Positions 1-8,312 of a stretch of DNA of 64,000 bases are shown piece by piece. The stretch is taken from positions 12,727 to 76,726 of the forward strand of contig JAPLXK010000003.1 in NCBI GenBank assembly GCA_026396095.1, written 5' to 3'. Each line of letters starts with the position of its first letter. Positions within the stretch are counted from its first letter, which is position 1. The position numbers and the translations under genes are program-made. This DNA comes from Candidatus Nealsonbacteria bacterium. Its GTDB lineage: Bacteria > Patescibacteriota > Minisyncoccia > Minisyncoccales > RBG-13-42-11. Under the pieces are notes generated by a model. The model saw only the letters and a program-made list of their open reading frames with translations. It searched no databases and was not told where the DNA came from.

Positions 1-46
1 CATTTTTAAAAGAAAAAGGAGGGGTTATTCTTTTCAGATTAACCCC
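1..46 (-). terminator. Rho-independent terminator downstream of the minus-strand small-gene operon (stem GGGGTTA/TAACCCC at 21-46, T-run on the minus strand)
   Basis: 7-bp GC-rich stem with 12-nt loop directly after the stop codon at 47-49, followed on the minus strand by TCCTTTTTCTTTT. Confidence 0.45.
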
Positions 47-259
47 TTATGTTTTATTTTTAACAACGCAACAACATTTTTTCTTTTTAAGTATAAAAGT
101 AAAAAATATCCAGAATGCGATGATGGAACAAATAATAACAATTGATATTCCCTCTCTTATTCCCACTAGTTCGTAGCATACGGCTGTAAAAGACAGAGAA
201 AATATGACGGCAAGAAGAAAATTGGCAATATGTTCTGTTGTGTCTGGCATTAACCTCAT
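47..259 (-). CDS. small hypothetical membrane protein (2 predicted TM helices, C-terminal KKKKCCC)
   Basis: 70-aa ORF. Its ATG overlaps the upstream ORF stop as ATGA (translational coupling). Hydrophobic segments. Confidence 0.35.
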   Translation of the reverse strand: MRLMPDTTEHIANFLLAVIFSLSFTAVCYELVGIREGISIVIICSIIAFWIFFTFILKKKKCCCVVKNKT

Positions 260-636
260 CCCCTAAGCCCTTTAACCGAAAAGGGAAATCCTATCGAAGA
301 TGTCGGCTTAACGGCAATGTGCCAATGGTTTAAACCAAAATTTTCAGTCGGTTTTCTTTGGGTCCATTTCTTTCCTTTCCCTACCCATTGAATCCTCTTC
401 CATACTCCGTTTATTTCTTCGTAGCCAAAGGTCTTATTGGTGATAATCCCCTTACACCCTGGACATCTCCATCCGGAGTTCATTGCGTCAATCGGAAGAT
501 CTTCAACGCTTAACAAGGCTCCGCAGATCTCGCAAAGACCCAAACTTTCAAGCCCAACGATTTTATCAATGTTTCCTTTTGTCAAAGTACTACCTCCTTT
601 GTGGTGATAATTTATCACTTCCTGATAAAAAATCAA
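256..636 (-). CDS. hypothetical protein with CxxC...CxxC zinc-ribbon
   Basis: 126-aa ORF with CEIC and CPGC pairs. Start appears to be TTG with no Shine-Dalgarno (SD), so the start is uncertain. Coupled to the downstream ORF. Confidence 0.35.
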   Translation of the reverse strand: MIFYQEVINYHHKGGSTLTKGNIDKIVGLESLGLCEICGALLSVEDLPIDAMNSGWRCPGCKGIITNKTFGYEEINGVWKRIQWVGKGKKWTQRKPTENFGLNHWHIAVKPTSSIGFPFSVKGLRG

Positions 637-661
637 GTTTTCGATAAAAAAGCGGCTTAAA

Positions 662-898
662 TTATTGCCGCTTTGCTTTTGTTTGAGCGTCGCTCTTAAT
701 CAATCTTTCGAGCAACTTGTCTTTTTGGGACGGTAAAATCTCCGGAACATGATGGCAGAAATTACAATGCCGAAGGATCTCTTCCAGGCCTTTCATATTT
801 TTATTGTATCCGAAAATATGACCGTCTTCTGTCCAAAGATCCCAATGGATTTTTATTTCTTTAAATTCTCCTGCTGTAATTTTTTCCCGTCTGGCCAT
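662..898 (-). CDS. hypothetical small protein (78 aa), first gene of a three-gene minus-strand mini-operon
   Basis: ATG preceded by AGGAGG at about 6 nt spacing (minus strand). No recognisable domain. Confidence 0.45.
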   Translation of the reverse strand: MARREKITAGEFKEIKIHWDLWTEDGHIFGYNKNMKGLEEILRHCNFCHHVPEILPSQKDKLLERLIKSDAQTKAKRQ

Positions 899-995
899 TC
901 CATCCTCCTAAAATATTCTTTCCTTTTTTAAAAAGAACTGCTTATTCCTTTTATCAAAATCCATGAAAAAATCAATCCCCTCTCTTTAAAAAAGA

Positions 996-1024
996 TTGAC
1001 AACTCTCTGGTAGTGTATTATAAA
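996..1024 (+). promoter_or_regulatory. sigma70-like promoter (TTGACA-17 bp-TATAAA) for the 1109-1840 gene
   Basis: Perfect -35 hexamer TTGACA at 996-1001, 17-bp spacer, TATAAA at 1019-1024. AAGGAG ribosome-binding site at 1095-1100, then TTG start at 1109. Confidence 0.5.
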
Positions 1025-1108
1025 TAATAAGCCTAAAATTTCTCCAGACATTTTCTCGCAAAATGAAACGAGAGTTTTGGGCAGTCTAGCTAAAAAGGAG
1101 AAGGTATC

Positions 1109-1840
1109 TTGAAAAATGAAATTCAGAATGCTGAAAGCATGGCGGAGATTGCGCTCCGTAAAAAACCGCACGCCTCAATTGATCGAGAAACCGCTCGTGA
1201 TATACTCGGAAAAAAATTGTTCGGTCCGAAAGAATGGCTGTCATCCTACGGGATATGGTTCTCTGACCAACAGCTCAAAGAAATTTTCGAGTTCCCATGG
1301 AACGAGAGCATTCTGGACGCTCCTTGTCCCTTTGTAAAAGGAAAAAGCATAAAGGAAACTCATTTTGCATTTCTGGGAATTGACCGGATATACAACAAGC
1401 CCCTTACCGTGCTGAAATGGCACGAATTGCATCCTATTTCGGGCAAACAGAAGCCAAAGCTCAATCCCTGGTATGAAGACCAGGATTTTGCCAGAGTCAA
1501 AACCTGCTGGTTCAAGTGGTATTTGATGCTTATTAAAAGCGCTCCTAATTCTACGGAAAAAACCTATCAGGAGCAAACGGCAATGATGCCGGCCGGATAC
1601 AGAGCGCCATTTGCGATAGAGGAGGTAACTAAAAATATCCTTTACCACAAAACTTACGGCGTTTACCCTAACGGCTACAACTGGACCAGATGCCAGGACA
1701 TTGCGATTGGCGACTGCCACATTTGCGTCGGCGACTTTATTAAGGTTCGCGGCTGGGCAGGAGGCAGACAGCACCCTACCGTTGGAATTTCCGCTTCTCG
1801 AAAAAACCCGTATTCAAAGTGTCGGGTAATAGAGCCTTAA
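1109..1840 (+). CDS. hypothetical protein (243 aa), no recognisable domain
   Basis: ORF with TTG start 8 nt after AAGGAGAAGG. Strong promoter upstream and a hairpin terminator downstream. Cys/His-rich C-terminus (CHICVGD). Confidence 0.6.
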   Translation: MKNEIQNAESMAEIALRKKPHASIDRETARDILGKKLFGPKEWLSSYGIWFSDQQLKEIFEFPWNESILDAPCPFVKGKSIKETHFAFLGIDRIYNKPLTVLKWHELHPISGKQKPKLNPWYEDQDFARVKTCWFKWYLMLIKSAPNSTEKTYQEQTAMMPAGYRAPFAIEEVTKNILYHKTYGVYPNGYNWTRCQDIAIGDCHICVGDFIKVRGWAGGRQHPTVGISASRKNPYSKCRVIEP

Positions 1841-1893
1841 AAATTTAAAAACTCAAAAATTTAATTTTTGAAAAAATCCGCCCTAAGGCGGAA

Positions 1894-1943
1894 AAACAGG
1901 CCTTATCTGAATTATCGTTAAGGCTTTTTTATTTGAAAAAATT
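1894..1943. repeat. direct repeat copy 1 (~50 bp) containing a terminator hairpin GCCTTA...TAAGGC and a T-tract
   Basis: AAACAGGCCTTATCTGAATTATCGTTAAGGCTTTTTTATTTGAAAAAAT. About 46/50 identical to 2977-3026. Confidence 0.6.
1900..1932 (+). terminator. Rho-independent terminator of the 1109-1840 gene
   Basis: Stem GCCTTA/TAAGGC with 13-nt loop followed by TTTTTTATTT. A second small hairpin CCGCCCTAAGGCGG lies at 1868-1882. Confidence 0.6.
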
Positions 1944-2121
1944 ATTTTTAAATATTATTGTAGCCACATCATGTAAAAGAAAAAACCTGTACACTCCCTT
2001 TCGGCAGGCACAGGTGACTTCATTAATAATATTAATCCAATAGGAAAGAGTTGTCCGGGGATTAAAAATGGAATATGAGAATCAGAACAAATATAGAGAA
2101 GGAAAAATATGATAATATTGG

Positions 2122-2237
2122 TTCCGTATCGTGAACAATGTTAGAACCATAATCCAGAGACAAGGCGAGTATATTTACATCCCGGACCTAAAAACCGAAA
2201 ATTGAAGCTTGATTTAGCCCACCCAACGAATCACTAT
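2122..2237. repeat. intergenic repeat element copy A (homologous to 59944-60080)
   Basis: Shared blocks TTCCGTATC, CGTGAACAA(T/C)GTTAGAACCAT, TATATTTA, CCCACC, TCACTAT in the same order and orientation. Confidence 0.5.
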
Positions 2238-2262
2238 TGTTTGCTGTTTATCAAACCTTATC

Positions 2263-2838
2263 CTAAATAGTTAATGGTTCAAAATATGATTTCCGTGCTC
2301 GGCGTGTTAAATCGCAATTTTTTCTTAAAGACCCCGATAGATAGCCTCTAAAGAAAAGCAGTTCGACTCGTTTGCCAAGTTTTTTAGTATTTGTAATCGC
2401 ACTCAGAAAATCACCATCATTTGAAACAAGTATCGCGGTATCATATTGACTTAATGCCGCATGAGCTACCATATCGGAACTAATTTGTGTATCTATGTTT
2501 TTTTCGTGTGGGTCTGATTTATCCCCTTGTAAATATCCATACCTTAATTCAACTTTCGGTAATTTACCTACTGCTGAATAATACTTTGATGCTGTTGCAT
2601 GCCGTTGTTTGCTTTCTTCATTCTCTGATAAAAGCCATGCTGGTGGTGGCACGCAGTAAAAATATACAGCTACAAGTTCACGGCCGCCCGATAGCTTCTT
2701 TGCAAGTTTAAGCGGGTCATAAAGTTGCGACCAATTTCTATCTCCATTTTGCCTAATTGATTTTATGTTCTTGAAAACATTACTGTTGTCTATATAGACA
2801 GATATTCTATTCATGCCTCGTATTATAACAAAAAACAA
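2263..2838 (-). CDS. NYN-domain (LabA/PIN-like) predicted ribonuclease
   Basis: Motifs ISVYIDNSNV, HEKNIDTQI and ILVSNDGDF are typical of the NYN/LabA fold. Start is either TTG at 2838 or the ATG at 2814-2812 (MNRISVYID), which is preceded by ACGAGG. Confidence 0.7.
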   Translation of the reverse strand: MFFVIIRGMNRISVYIDNSNVFKNIKSIRQNGDRNWSQLYDPLKLAKKLSGGRELVAVYFYCVPPPAWLLSENEESKQRHATASKYYSAVGKLPKVELRYGYLQGDKSDPHEKNIDTQISSDMVAHAALSQYDTAILVSNDGDFLSAITNTKKLGKRVELLFFRGYLSGSLRKNCDLTRRARKSYFEPLTI

Positions 2839-2976
2839 AAAGGAGCGTAAGCTCCCCTTCGTTGCTTATTGTTGCCGAAGCAGACAATAAGGATTTCTTA
2901 TGTTTATAGTTTATATTTAATAATTATTCGTGTCAAGGGGGTGTACTAGAAGTATATATGTGTAACACTTTTAGGT

Positions 2977-3026
2977 AAACAGGCTTTATCTGAGTTATCG
3001 TTAAGGCTTTTTTATTTAAAAAAATA
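2977..3026. repeat. direct repeat copy 2 (~50 bp), overlaps the 3' end and stop of the giant gene
   Basis: AAACAGGCTTTATCTGAGTTATCGTTAAGGCTTTTTTATTTAAAAAAAT. The C to T change keeps the stem as a G-U pair. Confidence 0.6.
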
Positions 3027-6000
3027 TGTTTCTGGATTCAGATAACTTTTCCCATGGACAATTGGTGTCGTATTTATTATTTAAAAAAATATTATTTTCT
3101 AGGTAAATGTTCCCAAATTTTTCGCAAGGGCCTGAAACGTAAACCCCGTAGATATTATCTTTTATCTCTGAATTTCGAACGGTTAATTCAACATCTCCCT
3201 CATCTTCTTTTACTGTAATCGCTCCAAAATCAAGCCACCAAAGAGGACTCTCTGATCCGCCGTATTTAATTATAGTGTTGTCTAAAACAGAACCTGAAGT
3301 AAAAAAATGAAGCCAATACCAATCGCCTTTGTTTGGAATACTGTTGTTTGCATCGTTATTGGTGTCGCCCCCATATTCATCATCGTTAAAAGAGGTAAAA
3401 ATTACAGGATTAGAAGCACTTCCTTGGGCTAAAATTTTTCCATAAATTTCCATTGTCCCCTTGTATACCGGTCCCATTTTAAATTTTACTATTACTCCCG
3501 GATCAAGACTAAGGACTGCTCCGCCTCCAATTGCTCCGTTTTCAATAATGTAAGGCAAGTCAGCCTGCCAAGTGGTTGAAGAAATATAGCCTGGTCCGAC
3601 AAAAATTCCATTTAAGTTATTATTTATGGCCTGATTGTTTTTAAAATAAGGGGAAGCGTCATTAAAATAAATTGGCGTGATATTGTTTTCAAAAATATTA
3701 TTTTCAATTTTTGGGGTTGCTCCTGATAAAATTTTAATTCCGAATTTATTGCCTGAAAATTTTGAATTTTTTATTACAGGGCTTCCTCCTTCAATATAAA
3801 TTCCGGCCGCTGAATCGAAATAATCAATGACGACCCCCTCTATATTAAGGAAATTTACGTTATTTACCGTAGTCGAGGAATTAATCAGCCACAAACCGAC
3901 TGTCCTGCTTTTTTCGATTATCGAATCTTCAATTAAAATTTCTCCATTTTCCACCCTAATCATTCCTCTGGTAAAACAGGCGCAGCAAGGAAAACAGCCG
4001 TAAATGCTGCTACCGTATCTAAAAATTGTGTTTTTTAATTTTGAACCGGAACTTTCTTTAAAATAAAGCCAATCCCAATCTCCGGGATTACCAATCGAAG
4101 GACCGTCTCCGTTCGTATCTCCGCCGAAATCATCATCTTTTAATGACGTAAAAACAATCTTTTCATCTTCTTCCCCTCCGAGCGCCTCAATCTTTCCTTC
4201 AATTTCAATTCCTGTTTTGAAAAATTTTAAAATTACCCCTTTTTCAATTTTTAATATTTTTTCTTTTGGTATAGTTAAAGAGCTTTGAATTATATATGGG
4301 CTTCCGTGATGAGTTAAATTAATTTCGGAAAATTCGTCAAAGGGCAAATTAGAAATGGATATGGGGGACATTGAAACGGAATTTTTAGCTTTCGGAGTAC
4401 CGTTAATGTTATTTCCTTTTGCGTCCCTTCCGTTTCTTATAATGAGATTATTATTCTCCCAATTAGCCGAAGAGGTGCCGCTGGCGGAAGAATCAATTCT
4501 TTCCATTGAAATATAATATGGAGAAGATGTTCCGGCAAACCAGCCGGAAGAACAATCGACCGCGTCAATAAAAATATCGCCGTCATTTATCAGCTCTAAT
4601 TTTCCGCCGACATTGCTTAATTCGCCAGTATAGACCTGGTCTTCTGTAATATCTGTAGTATTAGAAGCCGTTCTTTCTAGTAAATAAAATCCTGAACCGG
4701 AGATTGTAGAGCTTGAGATTTTTATAAACTCTTCTCCATTTTTCTTTATTTTCCAGCCGGTCAGATCTATCGATGTTGAGGCATTGTTGTAAAGTTCTAT
4801 CCATTCGTCGCTGGAATTATCAGGGCCTGTTCCCATCCAGGCAATTTCGTTAATAACTACCGATAAAACAGACTCTTCTGGATGGGGTTCGGGAATTATC
4901 CCTGATTCTGGGCTTTGATTTTGCGCTTTGGGAGTAGGAATTTGAACTTCAAAATCAACCAGATTGTTGTCATTATCAAGATAATTTTGGCTTGTTGTTG
5001 ACCATTTCCGGTCAATATTTTTTCCGACCGGCGGATTTTCAGCCGGATCATTTTCGGAAAAAACATTTTGGCCAAAACCAACTAAATCAACGATGTCTGC
5101 GTCGGAAGCGCCTTCGATTTCTTCCTGATTTTTTACCAAATATACAGCATTGTTTTGGGCCAAATTAAATACCTTATGGGTCATATCAGCCAGATTCAAT
5201 AGTCCCTGATCATTGCTGCTGGCATTAACGATTAAAAAATATCCTTTTCCAGGAATTTTATCCCCTGTTTCAAAATTCTTTTTGTAAATAGCAGTACTGG
5301 TGGAATAAGATTTTTGAATCGACCATTGAGAGATATCCGCCTCCTGTTCATTGGGATTATAAAGCTCAACAAATTCATCGTAAGTATTATTAGCTGAAGC
5401 AATCTGTATCTCGCTGATTAATACTTTTAAAATCGGCTCTGGCGATAATTGCGGCGGTGCGGGGTTTCCTCCCCCTCCTACAGCTACATACTCATAATAT
5501 CCGGCGCTGTTTTCTGCCCTCGGAGTGCCCGTAAAATTCGCGCCTGATTGCCAGTTTAAATCAATTTTTCTTTCCATTGTTCTTTTTAAGGAATTATCTC
5601 CTGCCGGCCAATTTTGATTTGCCGTTGCTTCATCTTGAAGCTGGCAGTTTTTATCAAAAAGATATAACGATTCATTGGTGTTATTAAGATTGCCCGTATA
5701 AATTAAATCAGCCGTTACTTCAGGCACCGAATTGTCATCGGTTCTTTCTAAAAGTAAAAATCCGTTGTTCGGGATGACTTCTTTGGTAAAAATTATTTTT
5801 ATTTGTTTTTCTTTGTTTAAAATCTGCCAACCGGCCAAACTGATGGAATTTCCAGAGATGTTTTTAAGTTCTATCCATTCGTCGTTTGCAGAATTTTTTG
5901 TTCCCATCCATGCAATTTCATTAAAAATGACCTGGTTTTTAGTAAGTTCTCCATTTTTCTCGCATAAAGCTATTTCCTCTTTTTGTTTTGAATCATTTAT

Positions 6001-7368
6001 TATCTCAGATTCTTCTTCATCTTCTTCTTGATCTTTAACTATTTTTTCAACTTCTAAGACTTCTTTTTCTGACTCTTCGTCGATACCCTTAAATTCAATG
6101 ATTTTTTGATTAAGTATGTCTATTTTTTCTGAGATATCATCAATTATTTCCTGAATCTCCTCCAGGGTTAATTTCTTTTCCATCTCTTCTTTTAAATCTA
6201 CCTCTACTGTTTTTGGTTGCTCCTCGGGTAAATCCTCTTTCTTTGGGTCTTTAAGGGATAATTTTTCGTTTTGCTGGTTAATAATATTAAAAGGGCTCTC
6301 TAATTCATTTGGTTCTGGCGCATTTGTTTTGGTCTCCACTATGGCTGCCGGTGAAAGAAAATTAATTTCTGAAATAAATGATTTTATTTTGTTCCAAATG
6401 TCGGTAATTCCCAGTGTTTTGCCGGTGGTTTTGGCTATAATAACTTCAAACTCCTTAATCGTGGACTCTATCGGATTTAACATTTGTCTTTCCAGCAAGG
6501 TTGAAGGGTTAATTCCTAGGTCCGGAACTGTCGGAGGGAAGCTAATTTTAATAAATGGATGACTCGCCTGACCATTTTCGTCAACCCATTGATAATTCTC
6601 AAATTGATCTTTTTCTACTATGCCCGTAATGTCAACGATAAAAGGAGGTATGTCTTTTCTAAGATCGGGTGCAGGCAACGAAGTCATGCTTCCATGTTTT
6701 TGAGGGCTAGGCGCTTCTAAAAAATCTGACGAATAAAATCTTATTTTGACATTTCCTCTTCCAGTATTTAAAGAATGAAAAACTATAACATACTGAAAAA
6801 TAGCTTCTCTTTCTTCTCCTTCACAAGAAAGATATTTAAGATTTATCGCTCCAGGGCTCATTTTAATTTCATTATCAATAAGGGCTCTTACGCCGTAATC
6901 TACGGCCATTTTAACTGTTTCTTTTTCAATTTTATCTAAAGCTGCGGAAAAATCTTTAATTAAAACTATTTGAGCTATTTCTATTGTTCCTTTTATTATA
7001 TTTTTAATAGTTTCTATCGGAGCATCTGTAAAAAAATAATTTACCTCTTCTGTTTTTGCGGCCTTTAATAACATTAAAACAGCGACTGTTTCTTCGTCTG
7101 TGGCGTATCCAGATCCCCATGAATTCATTGCTTCTGTTGTAAATACTTGTCTAAATGTGTTCATTAAGTTTTGAGCGTCTCCTTGAGGTAATTCAAGGTT
7201 TTTTTCTATTTCTTCTATGGTAATATTTTCTATAACATCATCAGCTAGGCAGGTTTTGGGGAAAACTAAAAAACCCGCTAAAAAAATTAATAGCAAAATA
7301 TTAAAAATTTGTCCGGTTGTCCTTTTAAAAAATAATTTTTTAATAGGGCTTTGGAGGTTTTTTTCCAT
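3016..7368 (-). CDS. giant secreted/surface-anchored protein (1450 aa)
   Basis: N-terminal hydrophobic signal/anchor. Acidic coiled-coil segment. Three lamin-tail-domain-like modules: DEWIELKNISGNSISLAGWQI, DEFVELYNPNEQEADISQWSI and DEWIELYNNASTSIDLTGWKI. Parallel beta-helix-like repeats (NNIFENNITPIYF, NNQAINNNLNGIF). Two DDxFGGDTNxD...GDWxWL repeats and a CFPCCACF cluster. Confidence 0.75.
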   Translation of the reverse strand: MEKNLQSPIKKLFFKRTTGQIFNILLLIFLAGFLVFPKTCLADDVIENITIEEIEKNLELPQGDAQNLMNTFRQVFTTEAMNSWGSGYATDEETVAVLMLLKAAKTEEVNYFFTDAPIETIKNIIKGTIEIAQIVLIKDFSAALDKIEKETVKMAVDYGVRALIDNEIKMSPGAINLKYLSCEGEEREAIFQYVIVFHSLNTGRGNVKIRFYSSDFLEAPSPQKHGSMTSLPAPDLRKDIPPFIVDITGIVEKDQFENYQWVDENGQASHPFIKISFPPTVPDLGINPSTLLERQMLNPIESTIKEFEVIIAKTTGKTLGITDIWNKIKSFISEINFLSPAAIVETKTNAPEPNELESPFNIINQQNEKLSLKDPKKEDLPEEQPKTVEVDLKEEMEKKLTLEEIQEIIDDISEKIDILNQKIIEFKGIDEESEKEVLEVEKIVKDQEEDEEESEIINDSKQKEEIALCEKNGELTKNQVIFNEIAWMGTKNSANDEWIELKNISGNSISLAGWQILNKEKQIKIIFTKEVIPNNGFLLLERTDDNSVPEVTADLIYTGNLNNTNESLYLFDKNCQLQDEATANQNWPAGDNSLKRTMERKIDLNWQSGANFTGTPRAENSAGYYEYVAVGGGGNPAPPQLSPEPILKVLISEIQIASANNTYDEFVELYNPNEQEADISQWSIQKSYSTSTAIYKKNFETGDKIPGKGYFLIVNASSNDQGLLNLADMTHKVFNLAQNNAVYLVKNQEEIEGASDADIVDLVGFGQNVFSENDPAENPPVGKNIDRKWSTTSQNYLDNDNNLVDFEVQIPTPKAQNQSPESGIIPEPHPEESVLSVVINEIAWMGTGPDNSSDEWIELYNNASTSIDLTGWKIKKNGEEFIKISSSTISGSGFYLLERTASNTTDITEDQVYTGELSNVGGKLELINDGDIFIDAVDCSSGWFAGTSSPYYISMERIDSSASGTSSANWENNNLIIRNGRDAKGNNINGTPKAKNSVSMSPISISNLPFDEFSEINLTHHGSPYIIQSSLTIPKEKILKIEKGVILKFFKTGIEIEGKIEALGGEEDEKIVFTSLKDDDFGGDTNGDGPSIGNPGDWDWLYFKESSGSKLKNTIFRYGSSIYGCFPCCACFTRGMIRVENGEILIEDSIIEKSRTVGLWLINSSTTVNNVNFLNIEGVVIDYFDSAAGIYIEGGSPVIKNSKFSGNKFGIKILSGATPKIENNIFENNITPIYFNDASPYFKNNQAINNNLNGIFVGPGYISSTTWQADLPYIIENGAIGGGAVLSLDPGVIVKFKMGPVYKGTMEIYGKILAQGSASNPVIFTSFNDDEYGGDTNNDANNSIPNKGDWYWLHFFTSGSVLDNTIIKYGGSESPLWWLDFGAITVKEDEGDVELTVRNSEIKDNIYGVYVSGPCEKFGNIYLENNIFLNNKYDTNCPWEKLSESRNIFF

Positions 7369-7494
7369 TAAAAATTGATATTATTATCAATTCTTATTAT
7401 CAGGTTGATTCTTAAAAGAGCTATATTTTACCTCTCTCTAGCCGAGGTACGCTTTATTTTTATGTTAAAGAACTATCTGTTCCTTTCAAAAATT

Positions 7495-8112
7495 TTAATT
7501 TGGGCCCATTGAAACTGATCCTAAAAATTTATTAAATTCCTCATCGCAACGTTCGCTTTCTTGAATAGGACTACTGAATATTATTTTATAAATATTATTT
7601 TTAAAAGGAAAGTCAATTGAGATATAAGACATTTTGAGGCCTTCGACGTAATATTTGTTTTTTAAGGCTGTTTGGCCGCTTAATTCTATTTTTTGAAATT
7701 GATCTAGTTTTATTACAGAAGATAGTTGTAAAAAATTTTCATTAACAATTTTTTCAAGGGTATCTATATTGGTTCTAATATAACTCACATATATATAAAT
7801 TCTACAACCAGTCTCGAGTATGTCGCTCCTTTTTTCATTAAACTTTGTGTCTGGGCTGTAAAAAGACGAAGGGTCTTCTTTAATGATCCAATCAGTTGGT
7901 ATTTTAAAACTTATTCCCGCTTTTTTATTTTCTACCAATTTTCCTTCGGGCGTTTCTTTGATAATAAAATCTTCTATGGGACTCATCTTTGCTTCCATCC
8001 ATTTTTCTGGCGGAGTTTCTTGATTATTTTTCCACAAAAAAAATCCTCCGATCCCGAGAATTAATATTAAAACAAAAAAGACAAAGATTTTTTTAGCCAG
8101 TCTTTTATCCAC
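7495..8112 (-). CDS. hypothetical membrane-anchored protein (205 aa)
   Basis: N-terminal TM helix (IFVFFVLILILGIGGFFLW). No recognisable domain. Confidence 0.5.
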   Translation of the reverse strand: MDKRLAKKIFVFFVLILILGIGGFFLWKNNQETPPEKWMEAKMSPIEDFIIKETPEGKLVENKKAGISFKIPTDWIIKEDPSSFYSPDTKFNEKRSDILETGCRIYIYVSYIRTNIDTLEKIVNENFLQLSSVIKLDQFQKIELSGQTALKNKYYVEGLKMSYISIDFPFKNNIYKIIFSSPIQESERCDEEFNKFLGSVSMGPN

Positions 8113-8312
8113 GTTTCTTAATTATAGACTCTAAAGTATGTTACGCAAGCAAAACTGTGGAGAAAATACGTCTTATTATTTACTCAATTATTTTAATTAT
8201 GCGTCATTAAAGTCATTTAAAGCAATTACACCAAACAGGTACATAGTTAACACTTTTTAGCGTTTAACTTGAAATTTGATTGTTCGTCTAGGGGAACGAT
8301 GTTAGGGCCTAG

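Noticed and set aside
1241-1774. 177-aa minus-strand ORF
   Set aside because: Lies entirely antisense inside the better-supported 1109-1840 gene (promoter, RBS, terminator). No RBS of its own.
7375-7392. Near-palindrome TTGATATTATTATCAA just upstream of the giant gene start as an operator
   Set aside because: Imperfect and AT-only. Such sequences arise by chance in AT-rich DNA. Noted but not scored.
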